NCBI GenBank assembly: GCA_963770835.1
Contig: CAVYRH010000004.1
Span: 715,339 to 779,338, forward strand
Origin: an uncultured Pseudomonadota bacterium
GTDB taxonomy: Bacteria > Oederibacteriota > Muellerivitia > Muellerivitales > Muellerivitaceae
Direction: 5' to 3'
DNA: 64,000 nt
Every line of letters begins with the position of its first letter. Position 1 is the first letter of the stretch. Below, piece by piece: positions 28,688 to 37,695 of the stretch. Position numbers and translations under genes: made by a program. The notes below the pieces were generated by a model that searched no databases, was not told the origin of the DNA, and worked only from the letters and a program-made list of their open reading frames with translations.

Positions 28688-29602
28688 TTAGAGCTCGAAT
28701 TCCATGCCATCCACGCCCACTTCCACCCCGGCTTCCCTCACTTGATGGTACTGGGGAGTGGAGCGGTCCAGGATGGGGTTGGTGTTGTTGATGTGCAGGT
28801 AGATTTTACGTGGAACCGGAAGCTTACGGAGGATTTCCAGGCTGCCACCCTCCCCTCCGAGGGGCAAATGGGCCATCTGGGAGGCGGTAAGGCTGCCGGT
28901 CCCTGTCCGGGGCATTTCGTCCTCATCCCAGAAGGTTCCGTCCAAGAGCAGGGCACCGCAATCCTTGAGTTTGTCCAAGACGGGCCCTGACAGCCCGGCG
29001 GTATCGGGAAGGAAGGCCAGCTTTCCTCCAGTTTTTTCATCCACCAAACGGTAGCCTACGGCGCTCCCCGGGAGGGCCGTGGAGCCGGCGTAACGGGGAA
29101 GCTTGCCGGGCACCTCAAAGGCCTCATACAAAAGGCCGCTTTCCGACCCGTTGCTTTTCAAGAGGGGTTCCAAGTCGGCGGGAGGCTCGTGCCAGGCGAC
29201 ACCCCCATAAGCTTTCAGGACTTCCGAAATTCTCAGGCCCTCATCCAGGGCCTTGCGCACGGCCGGGGGAGCATGCAGATGGAGCACCCCGCCCTCTCGC
29301 AGGATGAAGATGCCCAGGACATGGTCGAGGTCGGCGTTGGTCAAGAGAGCCCCCTCGATGGAGGTGCCACGGACCTTTTCGGAAGGCGGCAACAAGGGTG
29401 GGAATGCCTCGATCTGGTGCCGGATGTCGGGCGAGATGTTCAGCAAAAACCAAGCCTTGCCGTCGGCACTGACCGTAGCGGACGATTGAGTGCGTGCCGG
29501 GGCTTCCGCCTTTCCCTCCCGGGCTTTTCGGCAGAGGCCGCAGTTACAGTTCCATTGAGGGAACCCGCCGCCCGCGGCGGTTCCCAACAGTCGGACGCGC
29601 AA
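28688..29602 (-). CDS. pqqB: PQQ biosynthesis protein B
   Basis: LGTAAGGGFPQWNCNC, RTQSS, DGTFW..DEM, HINNTNP. Confidence 0.95.
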   Translation of the reverse strand: MRVRLLGTAAGGGFPQWNCNCGLCRKAREGKAEAPARTQSSATVSADGKAWFLLNISPDIRHQIEAFPPLLPPSEKVRGTSIEGALLTNADLDHVLGIFILREGGVLHLHAPPAVRKALDEGLRISEVLKAYGGVAWHEPPADLEPLLKSNGSESGLLYEAFEVPGKLPRYAGSTALPGSAVGYRLVDEKTGGKLAFLPDTAGLSGPVLDKLKDCGALLLDGTFWDEDEMPRTGTGSLTASQMAHLPLGGEGGSLEILRKLPVPRKIYLHINNTNPILDRSTPQYHQVREAGVEVGVDGMEFEL

Positions 29603-29622
29603 AACGACTGGTCGGCCCGGTC

Positions 29623-29715
29623 TTAAATGACGCTGTCGTCAATCCCCGAGTAAGCGGTGCATTCCGAGTTGACGTTCACTTCTTCAACCTCGGGCTTCGT
29701 CCAAAGATTTTCCAT
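29623..29715 (-). CDS. pqqA: PQQ precursor peptide (absent from the ORF track)
   Basis: MENLWTKPEVEEVNVNSECTAYSGIDDSVI*: W-T-K-P leader and E-x3-Y core; RBS AAGGAG; directly upstream of pqqB. Confidence 0.9.
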   Translation of the reverse strand: MENLWTKPEVEEVNVNSECTAYSGIDDSVI

Positions 29716-29771
29716 GATTCTTCTCCTTAAAAATAAAATTATTCCTTTCCCCCCTCGGGAAAGGTCCCGGA

Positions 29772-32700
29772 TCACTCCAGGATCAAAAGTTTCAAGACCG
29801 ACCGCTTGCCATTGACCGTGATCAGGACGTAATAAAGGCCGTTGGCCAGTGGTTTGCCATCCTTATCTTTCAAGAGAATATCCAGTTTGTCGGTTCCGGC
29901 GGGTTCGGGAAGGGTGATGTTCAGAACCTCGCGGAAGGAAAGGGTGAAGATTTGCACGTGGACGCTTCCGGCAGTGGAAAGATTGACCAGGAGGGTCACC
30001 GAACCGCCGGTGACGGGGTTGGGATAGAGCACGGGCGTGGAAGAGGACCCAGGCGTAGCGCTGACCGATGCCAAGGGGGTCGGGGAAGTCTGGGGCGTGG
30101 CCGTTGAGGAAGCCATGGGAGAGGGTGTCCAAGTGGGTGAAGGCGTCAGGGTGCGGGTAAAGGTCAAGGACACCGTCGGGGATGTGGTGAAAGTGGGGCT
30201 GAGGGTGGCGGTGGAAGTCGGGGTCCGGGTAGGTGTGAAAGGAGCCGTCCCGGTGGATGTCGGGGAGGCTGTGGGGGTCGTTGTGAGGGTTGAGGTGGGG
30301 ACCAAGGTTGGCGTCTCAGTCCGCGTTGCAGTTCCCGTGGCGGTTAAGGTGGCCGAATTGGTCGGCGTGGAGGTCGCCGTGAAGCTGTTTACGGGCGTGT
30401 TGGTGGTAGTCGCACTGGCCGTGGAAGTGGGACTGTTGGTTGAAGTGGAGGTCCGGGTCGGCGTGGAGCTGGCCGTTGAGGTAGAAGTAACCGTAGAAGT
30501 GAAGGTAAAACTGGGTGTGGAGGTATTAGTGGAAGTGGCCGTCAAGGTCGCCGTGCGGGTCATCGTACCAGTCGCCGAATTAGTAGGAGTGGAGGTTGCC
30601 GTAAAGCTGTTCACCGGCGTGTCCGTAGCGGTTCCCGAGGCGGTGGAAGTGGCGGTCCGAGTCGGAGTGGACGATGGTGTGGAAGTCGAGGTGGGTGTAG
30701 AAGTCGTTGTCGGGCTGGCCGTTTTAGTGGGTGTGGAAGAAGCTGTGGAGGTCGGAGTGCCGGTTGGCGTAAACGAGAAGGTGGGGGTCCCAGTGGTGGT
30801 GGCCGAGGCCGTTGCTGAGGAAGTACTGGTGGACATGGGTGTGAAAGTCGCCGTCAGCGTGGGCGTGGAGGTGGCGGGCAGGGAGGCTGTGGCCGTAGGG
30901 GTGCGGCTGGCCGTAGCAGTGGGAGAAGTGGTGGAAGTTGAACTGGGGGTTCCGGTGGGTGAGGCCGTTGCTGAGGAAGTGCTGGTGGACGTGGGTGTCA
31001 AAGTCGCCGTCCGCGTAGGTGTCGAGGTGGCCGTAGGAGAGGCCGTGGTTGTTGGGGTGGAGGTGGGGGTGCGGCTTGCCGTGGAAGTGGGTGTGGCCGT
31101 CACGGCCGGGGTTCCGGTGGGCGTGGAAGTGGAGGAAGTGGTTAAGAGGCCGTAAACCACCAGGCTGCTGGAAGTGGGCACGTAAACCTTGCCGTTCACC
31201 ACGCTGGGTAGTTCAAACTTGACATAGGCGGCCGTAGCCGTGTCGCGGGCGGAATTCTGGCCACTGTTATAGAGCATCGTGGCCAGGTTGGTGGCGTCAT
31301 AGGCAAAGAGGGTGACCGGGGTTCCAGGATACAGGGCCCACACGATACCGTTAGTGTTTCCGTTGGAGGAAACGCTTGGGACACAACCGGTGGAAAACGA
31401 CCCGGCCGCGCCGTAGATGGCCGCCGTCGCAGAGGAAGGAGTCGTCACATATTGGCCATTGGCGAAGGTGAAGGCTTTCAGGGCCTCGCCCGACATACCC
31501 CAATAGACCCAGTTCGTTGTGCCATTACTATAAATGGCTGGCGAGGTATAGCCCTTTCCCCCAATGGAATAGACAGTTTGGATGATATTGTTGGCGGTGG
31601 AACTGAACTCGCCCATCTTGCCCGTGTCCGCGTCCACCACGTATAGGTCGCTCGGCTTGTCCGCGCCGATGATGATGTTGGGATGGGCGGTGGTGCCCCA
31701 GGAGGCGGGCAGGAGGCACTGACCCGCCGAACCGACATCCTGGTCCCCGGAACTCATGGAAGCTTGGCTCATGGGAGCGAAGTAATCCAACGCCGTTACC
31801 GCATTTCCGACGGTGTTCAGTTTCAGGAAGCACTGCCCGTAATCGGAAACCGGCGCGGTTGTGTCGAAAGTGCCATTGGCGGAGAGATAATAGAGGTTTC
31901 CCGCCGAATCGACCGAAGGCCCATCACCCGATTCCCAGAAGGAGGATTCACTGCCGTTGGGGGCGGAACAATAGACGCTTAACTGTTGGGTGATGTTGGA
32001 GGCGCTGTAGCCGATGACCCAGCCGTAATAATTTCCCGCGATGCCGTCGTTATCGCAGTGGCCGGTCCAACTGGTATAAACCACCCCATTGACCAGCGCC
32101 AGGGCACACCTTTCCTTATAGGCCCTGGGCCGGAAGGTGACCGTGGTGCCCCCATCGCCCTTGCCGGGCGCGGTGGCCCCAATGGTCTGGGGGCCGTTGG
32201 CGGTCTCGGCACCGGTCGTGATATTAAGGGCGTGCAAGGTCTGGGTGTAGGTGGTGACCCCGCCGGAGACCGTCTTGGTCATGGCCACAAAGTACATAAT
32301 GCCGGAGGTAGGGTCGATGACCGGGGTATCCGTGATTCCGATCTCGGGGGAGATCTGGGTACAGTTCCCGACGTCAGCCAGGGATACGGGCATGGCGCCA
32401 CCGGTGAGGAAACTGGTATGCCAGTAGGTAACCCCCGCAGAGTCGGCGTCAAAGGCATAGGCGCTGTCGTTTTCGGTAACTACGTAAGCCACATTGTGGG
32501 TGCCCCCGCCGATGCTGATGTTGGGCATGTAAAGGGGCTGGGCGTATACTTGGCCGTCCACCGTGTCCGAGAAAAGTTTTCCGAAATTGGTACTGTTGAC
32601 GTTGGCGGTGGTGAGGATGGTTTCATTTTGGTTCCAACCATCGCGGGCTTGGTCGTTATGGTAAGTGGTCAGGGAGGTTTGGGCGAAAGCCTGCGAGGCC

Positions 32701-32786
32701 CCAAGGAAGGCCCATGGGAAAAGGAGGGCCGCCCAAAAGCTTGGACCTGGGGAAAAATTGGTATAAGTAAAAGGAAACTTCTTCAA
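29772..32786 (-). CDS. Secreted PQQ-type beta-propeller protein with ~370-aa Thr/Pro/Ser linker and T9SS-like C-terminal domain
   Basis: TYHND.ARDGWN..ET.LT, VDGQVYAQPLY, TPVID, NGKVYV; TPTAT repeats; C-terminal LYPNPV...LANGLYYV..K.LIL. Confidence 0.78.
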   Translation of the reverse strand: MKKFPFTYTNFSPGPSFWAALLFPWAFLGASQAFAQTSLTTYHNDQARDGWNQNETILTTANVNSTNFGKLFSDTVDGQVYAQPLYMPNISIGGGTHNVAYVVTENDSAYAFDADSAGVTYWHTSFLTGGAMPVSLADVGNCTQISPEIGITDTPVIDPTSGIMYFVAMTKTVSGGVTTYTQTLHALNITTGAETANGPQTIGATAPGKGDGGTTVTFRPRAYKERCALALVNGVVYTSWTGHCDNDGIAGNYYGWVIGYSASNITQQLSVYCSAPNGSESSFWESGDGPSVDSAGNLYYLSANGTFDTTAPVSDYGQCFLKLNTVGNAVTALDYFAPMSQASMSSGDQDVGSAGQCLLPASWGTTAHPNIIIGADKPSDLYVVDADTGKMGEFSSTANNIIQTVYSIGGKGYTSPAIYSNGTTNWVYWGMSGEALKAFTFANGQYVTTPSSATAAIYGAAGSFSTGCVPSVSSNGNTNGIVWALYPGTPVTLFAYDATNLATMLYNSGQNSARDTATAAYVKFELPSVVNGKVYVPTSSSLVVYGLLTTSSTSTPTGTPAVTATPTSTASRTPTSTPTTTASPTATSTPTRTATLTPTSTSTSSATASPTGTPSSTSTTSPTATASRTPTATASLPATSTPTLTATFTPMSTSTSSATASATTTGTPTFSFTPTGTPTSTASSTPTKTASPTTTSTPTSTSTPSSTPTRTATSTASGTATDTPVNSFTATSTPTNSATGTMTRTATLTATSTNTSTPSFTFTSTVTSTSTASSTPTRTSTSTNSPTSTASATTTNTPVNSFTATSTPTNSATLTATGTATRTETPTLVPTSTLTTTPTASPTSTGTAPFTPTRTPTSTATLSPTFTTSPTVSLTFTRTLTPSPTWTPSPMASSTATPQTSPTPLASVSATPGSSSTPVLYPNPVTGGSVTLLVNLSTAGSVHVQIFTLSFREVLNITLPEPAGTDKLDILLKDKDGKPLANGLYYVLITVNGKRSVLKLLILE

Positions 32787-33132
32787 AAGTCCCTCGTGTT
32801 CGAGCTCAAGAATCTGCCGTTTTAACGCCTAGTTAGGAAAGATGGATAACTAAAAATACCATTTTTCGAAAATTTTTGCCCCGATTCGGCCCTTTCTTTT
32901 TGGAAACCGACTACATCAGAAGCTTTAACGTTTCTAAGATCGGTTCAAACTGTTCGTGGGTCGAGTTTTCGGGGAACATCCCAGGCTCTTACCAAGAGAT
33001 GAAAGGGGAACAGGCGGGCGCTTTATTTATTGGCCGTCGATTCGAAGCGGGAAGAAAAAAACGATTTTCAAAGAAAGGCCGCCTAAAATGACCGCCTTGC
33101 CAAAAAAACGGGCGCTGAAGGAAATTTAATTC

Positions 33133-35100
33133 TTGAGAACGGTAAGATTCATTTTTCCGCTTTCTTCCTTTTTGTTTCTTTTCACTGGGATGGCATGGAG
33201 CCAGGAATCCCCCGTGGCTAATGGCGCCACAAATCCACTCATTACGCCAGCCCCCTCCTTTTCTCCAACTCCCACGGCCGGTCCTGTTATTTATGAAATG
33301 AAGGAGGTCGTCGTCCACGCCGAAAAGGAGAAGGGCGACATCTGGGAAGGCCCGGCTTTGGAAAAGGTCCGGGATGATGGAAACCTTTCCTCCTTCCTGG
33401 GACAGGCGGGAGGAGTTGAGACCCAGGGGTTGGGAGGCGCCAAGACTTACAGCAACGCGTCGATCCGGGGGGCATCCCCCGAGCAAACGCTGATCCTCCT
33501 CAACGGCCAAAGGACGAATCCGGGTTTCGACCTTGGGCTCATTCCCACGGGAGACATCGAGCGCATCGAGATCCTGAAAGGCCCGGACGCGCTGGCCTAT
33601 GGGTCGGAGGCCATGGGCGGGGTCATCAACATCATTACCCGGCCCAAGGAGGGGGGCGCCAGCCTGGGACTTTCGGGAGGGGACTTCAACACCTGGCAGG
33701 TCCAGGGCGACACGGGTCGTTGGAAAGCCGGTTCCTGGGAAGGTTCCTTGAACGGAAGCTGGTACCAGACCGGGGGCTACACCATTAATACCGATGAAGT
33801 TTCGGGGGAATGCAACCAGGAATCGGACTGGACCCTGGGGGAGGACCACCTTTCCCTCAAAGCCGGGTATGTTTACAAGAACGGCGGGTCGCCGAATGGG
33901 GACAGCCTGTCGGCCCAGGACACGGGCCAGTTCGACACGGACGACCGGGAAAAAAAGAACGCAGTGGAAGCTTCCCTTCAAGGCGAACATCCAGAGGGGG
34001 GGTGGACGTTCCGCCCCTCCCTTTCCTACAGCTTTGCGGATATTGATCGCCTGAATCCACTGGGGCCGGACGCGGCGGCTGGGGTGCCGATCGCGGACGA
34101 AAACATCTACAACACTTTCAGCGCCCGGGCCGATGGTTCGGCCCAGTGGGACGGATTGCTAAGATCCTTCGATGGGTACCTCGAATTCCAATCCCAAAAT
34201 GTGCAAGGAACCGAGGGTTTGGGCGGGGGGTTGAGATGGGATAACGAAAGCTCCTTATCCGCCCGGGGGTCCCTGGCCCCCGCCCCTGACTTACAGTTGG
34301 ACCTGTCCGCCCGGCTGGATTGGTACCACACCTATGGCCTGGTGGTCTTTAACCCCGAGGGTACCCTCCGATACAACTTTGCCCCGGACCGGGATGTTTA
34401 TTTGGAAGCGGGGACGGGCTTTCGTTACCCGGACTTCGACGAACTCTTCCACCCCTTGATTACCTACATCGTAGGTCCGAGTACCCCGGTCGAATTCGGC
34501 CAGGGTGAAACCGGCAATCCGGACCTGAAACCCGAAAGCTCGGTCAACCTGGAAACGGGCACGGACTGCCTTTGGGGAAGCCTGCTTTTGAGGGCTGACG
34601 GGTTCCTGAATTTCTTCTCCAACATGATCGTCCCTGCCGAAAACAACTCGGACTATTGGACCTTCCTCAATTGGGCCCATGTCCTCCAGGCGGGAGCTGA
34701 AATCGGCGTTCGATGGGGAGTGGGAAGGGACTTGACCCTGCGGGGTGACTATACCTACGTGGATTCGAGGGATTCGGATACGGGCCAGTTGGTGCCCGCC
34801 CGGTTGCGCCAGAAGTTTTCCGTGGGATTGGATTGGGCGCCGGCACCCGACGCCCGCCTCAACCTTGATGAGAGCTACGCGGACCACAACCCCGCCGTTT
34901 ACAACGGCCCCCAGGACAGCCCGCCGATCGTCCTGGCTTCCAGTTATTGGGTTTTAAACACCGGCTTCCAATGGGACGCTGCCAAGGACACTTCCTTTTT
35001 CCTGACCCTGGACAACCTCTTCAACCAAACCTACGCCACTTTCCAGGGCCTTCCCATGCCGGGAAGAGACCTGGAAATCGGGACCAAGATCGGCCTTTAA
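33133..35100 (+). CDS. TonB-dependent outer-membrane receptor (BtuB-like)
   Basis: EVVVHA TonB box, SIRG, IERIEILKGP..LAYGSEAMGGVINII, GNPDLKPE, LDNLFN..Y, MPGR. Confidence 0.88.
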   Translation: MRTVRFIFPLSSFLFLFTGMAWSQESPVANGATNPLITPAPSFSPTPTAGPVIYEMKEVVVHAEKEKGDIWEGPALEKVRDDGNLSSFLGQAGGVETQGLGGAKTYSNASIRGASPEQTLILLNGQRTNPGFDLGLIPTGDIERIEILKGPDALAYGSEAMGGVINIITRPKEGGASLGLSGGDFNTWQVQGDTGRWKAGSWEGSLNGSWYQTGGYTINTDEVSGECNQESDWTLGEDHLSLKAGYVYKNGGSPNGDSLSAQDTGQFDTDDREKKNAVEASLQGEHPEGGWTFRPSLSYSFADIDRLNPLGPDAAAGVPIADENIYNTFSARADGSAQWDGLLRSFDGYLEFQSQNVQGTEGLGGGLRWDNESSLSARGSLAPAPDLQLDLSARLDWYHTYGLVVFNPEGTLRYNFAPDRDVYLEAGTGFRYPDFDELFHPLITYIVGPSTPVEFGQGETGNPDLKPESSVNLETGTDCLWGSLLLRADGFLNFFSNMIVPAENNSDYWTFLNWAHVLQAGAEIGVRWGVGRDLTLRGDYTYVDSRDSDTGQLVPARLRQKFSVGLDWAPAPDARLNLDESYADHNPAVYNGPQDSPPIVLASSYWVLNTGFQWDAAKDTSFFLTLDNLFNQTYATFQGLPMPGRDLEIGTKIGL

Positions 35101-35128
35101 CCTTTAAGGCCTTGGGACGCCCGGTGGT

Positions 35129-35761
35129 TTAATCCGGGTATTTCACACCGCATCCATAAGGCGGGGTGGAAGGGATCGAAATCTTCTTTCCATCAACTAC
35201 GGATTCGGTCAAGGCCCGGTCCACATAGTTCACGAAAGCTTCGCCATTCTCGTTTTTTGCCACGTCCCCATCCTCCCGGGGCGCGTTGTCGATGGCGCCG
35301 TCGTAGACCAGGATTCCTTTGGGGTCGATGACGAACATGTGGGGCGTGGTTTTGGCGCCGTAAGCGTGGCCCAAGGTGCCCTTGGGGTCCAAAAAGACGG
35401 CGGTGACATGGGCCTTTTTGTCCTGCACGTCCTTATTAGCCGCCGTGGCCTCTACATAACCTTCCATGCCGGGGGCCGAGGAAATCACCGTGAACCACAT
35501 CACGCCTTTCTTGGTCCATTTATCCTGCAGCTTTTGCATCTTGCCTTTGTATTGGCTTTTCACGAAAGGGCAGTTTTGGTTATGCCATTCCAGGACCACG
35601 TATTTGCCCTTCAAGTCCGCCAGCTTGTGCATTTTCCCGTAACTATCGGTGGCCGTGAAATCCGGTGCGGGGTCGCCCACCGTGGCCGCCAGGACGGTGG
35701 TGGCCAGCCCCGTTAAAACCAGCGCGAAAGCCCAAAACAATCCCTTTTTAAGCAAGCTCAT
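35129..35761 (-). CDS. Exported redoxin/thioredoxin-family protein
   Basis: APDFTATD, VVLEWHNQNCPFV, YGAKTTPHMFVID, YGC.VKY. Confidence 0.85.
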   Translation of the reverse strand: MSLLKKGLFWAFALVLTGLATTVLAATVGDPAPDFTATDSYGKMHKLADLKGKYVVLEWHNQNCPFVKSQYKGKMQKLQDKWTKKGVMWFTVISSAPGMEGYVEATAANKDVQDKKAHVTAVFLDPKGTLGHAYGAKTTPHMFVIDPKGILVYDGAIDNAPREDGDVAKNENGEAFVNYVDRALTESVVDGKKISIPSTPPYGCGVKYPD

Positions 35762-35791
35762 AAATCCTCCTTTTGATCTTTTTATAATTTA

Positions 35792-36616
35792 CTATTCCGA
35801 AAGAGGAATAGTTACGTTGTATCCCTTTGTCGATTTTTTTTCCTTCACGACCAGCACTCCATCCAGGGTTTTGACGTCCTCCGCCAGCTGGTCGGACCTC
35901 TTGAGGGTCAATTGGAAGGAAGCGCCGGAAGCGTGGAAGACCTGGACGGCGGCGTTCTCGATCTGGTTTTGATGCAGGGGGATGAAAAGCGCGGTGGTGG
36001 TTTTGGTCACCGGCGTGTCGGTGGCGACCCTTATATGGAAGTCCTTCTTGCCGATGGAACCATCGATCTTCCAATCCTCCGGCAGGTCCTGGGGCTGGTT
36101 GCGCCGGGCGGTCTGGAAAAGGTACTCGTTGCGGGACTTGGAGGACGATTTGTGCTTGTGGACCAGGAACCGCAGGTTGAGGGAAGTATCGCCGGGAATG
36201 CAGATCTCATTGCAGACCAGCCAGCGCAGGTGAGCGGAAAGGCGCACGTAATGCCCGGGCTTCAAATTGGCCGGGGCCTGGATGGGCATCATGAGGAGCA
36301 CTTCGTTGGTATAGCCATAGTCGGCCAGGGAATTGAGGGGAATCAGCTGAGGGACCGGCCAAAGAATCTCGCCCGCCGTGAAGCCATCGGGAAGGGTCCA
36401 GGCAATGGAAGGGGCCTGGCCCGCGTCGCCGGGGTTTTGCCAATAAATATGCCAGCCCCTCTGCATCCGGAAATGGAAGCCCACAGTGACGCTGGCGCCG
36501 GGCGTGATGGCGTTTTGTTCCGGAAGAAGTTCAACTTTAACATGGGAATAATCCTGTTGTGAGAAAGCGGGACCAAGGGTAAAGAAGAAAACCACGGCCA
36601 GGAAGAATTGGCGCAA
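35792..36616 (-). CDS. DsbD N-terminal-domain protein
   Basis: GWHIYWQNPGDAG, WPVP, WLVCNEICIPG. Confidence 0.85.
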   Translation of the reverse strand: MRQFFLAVVFFFTLGPAFSQQDYSHVKVELLPEQNAITPGASVTVGFHFRMQRGWHIYWQNPGDAGQAPSIAWTLPDGFTAGEILWPVPQLIPLNSLADYGYTNEVLLMMPIQAPANLKPGHYVRLSAHLRWLVCNEICIPGDTSLNLRFLVHKHKSSSKSRNEYLFQTARRNQPQDLPEDWKIDGSIGKKDFHIRVATDTPVTKTTTALFIPLHQNQIENAAVQVFHASGASFQLTLKRSDQLAEDVKTLDGVLVVKEKKSTKGYNVTIPLSE

Positions 36617-36715
36617 GACGCATCCTTAATTATTAATGAATGAAATTGGAATTTAGACGCCGGATTTGCCGGTCTTGGGCCGCGAACGCCGTCCCGACCC
36701 TGGATGGTTCCTGTT

Positions 36716-37411
<696 letters not shown>

Positions 37412-37428
37412 ATCAAATCCTTTATTGC

Positions 37429-37686
37429 TGTCATTGCGAGGAGTGCCGACCGTATAGGTCGGCGGTTACGACGAAGCAACCCCAGTTTACACTCATTTAC
37501 TCTTGTAATATCGGCATAGCCCGATGAAGGAAATGAGCGTGACACAGTTTTCAATTTCGGGACCGAAGGCCCCACTGCCTTGAAGAAACTTTGTAAATAA
37601 CTTCCACATGGTGAAAAGGCATATTTCGAACTGAGGTTGCTTTGTCATGATCGCCCGCCATTCGGCGGGCATTCCTCGCAATGACA
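37429..37686. repeat. Intergenic element bounded by GTCATTGCGAG-type palindromic repeats
   Basis: tgtcattgcgagga...gacgaagcaacc at the left; tcctcgcaatgaca at the right (14-bp inverted ends). Confidence 0.7.
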
Positions 37687-37695
37687 TCTATCATT

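Noticed and set aside
30037..31155. 372-aa Val/Gly/Glu-rich ORF on the + strand
   Set aside because: Antisense shadow of the Thr/Pro/Ser linker of the 29772-32786 gene.
32790..33132. Cobalamin riboswitch upstream of the TonB receptor (or a SAM/B12 riboswitch before metH)
   Set aside because: No B12-box or S-box consensus recognisable by eye; an Rfam scan would be needed to exclude it.
37493..37687. 64-aa ORF between kdpD and kdpE
   Set aside because: It starts inside the inverted repeat end and has no recognisable domain; treated as part of the repeat-bounded insert.
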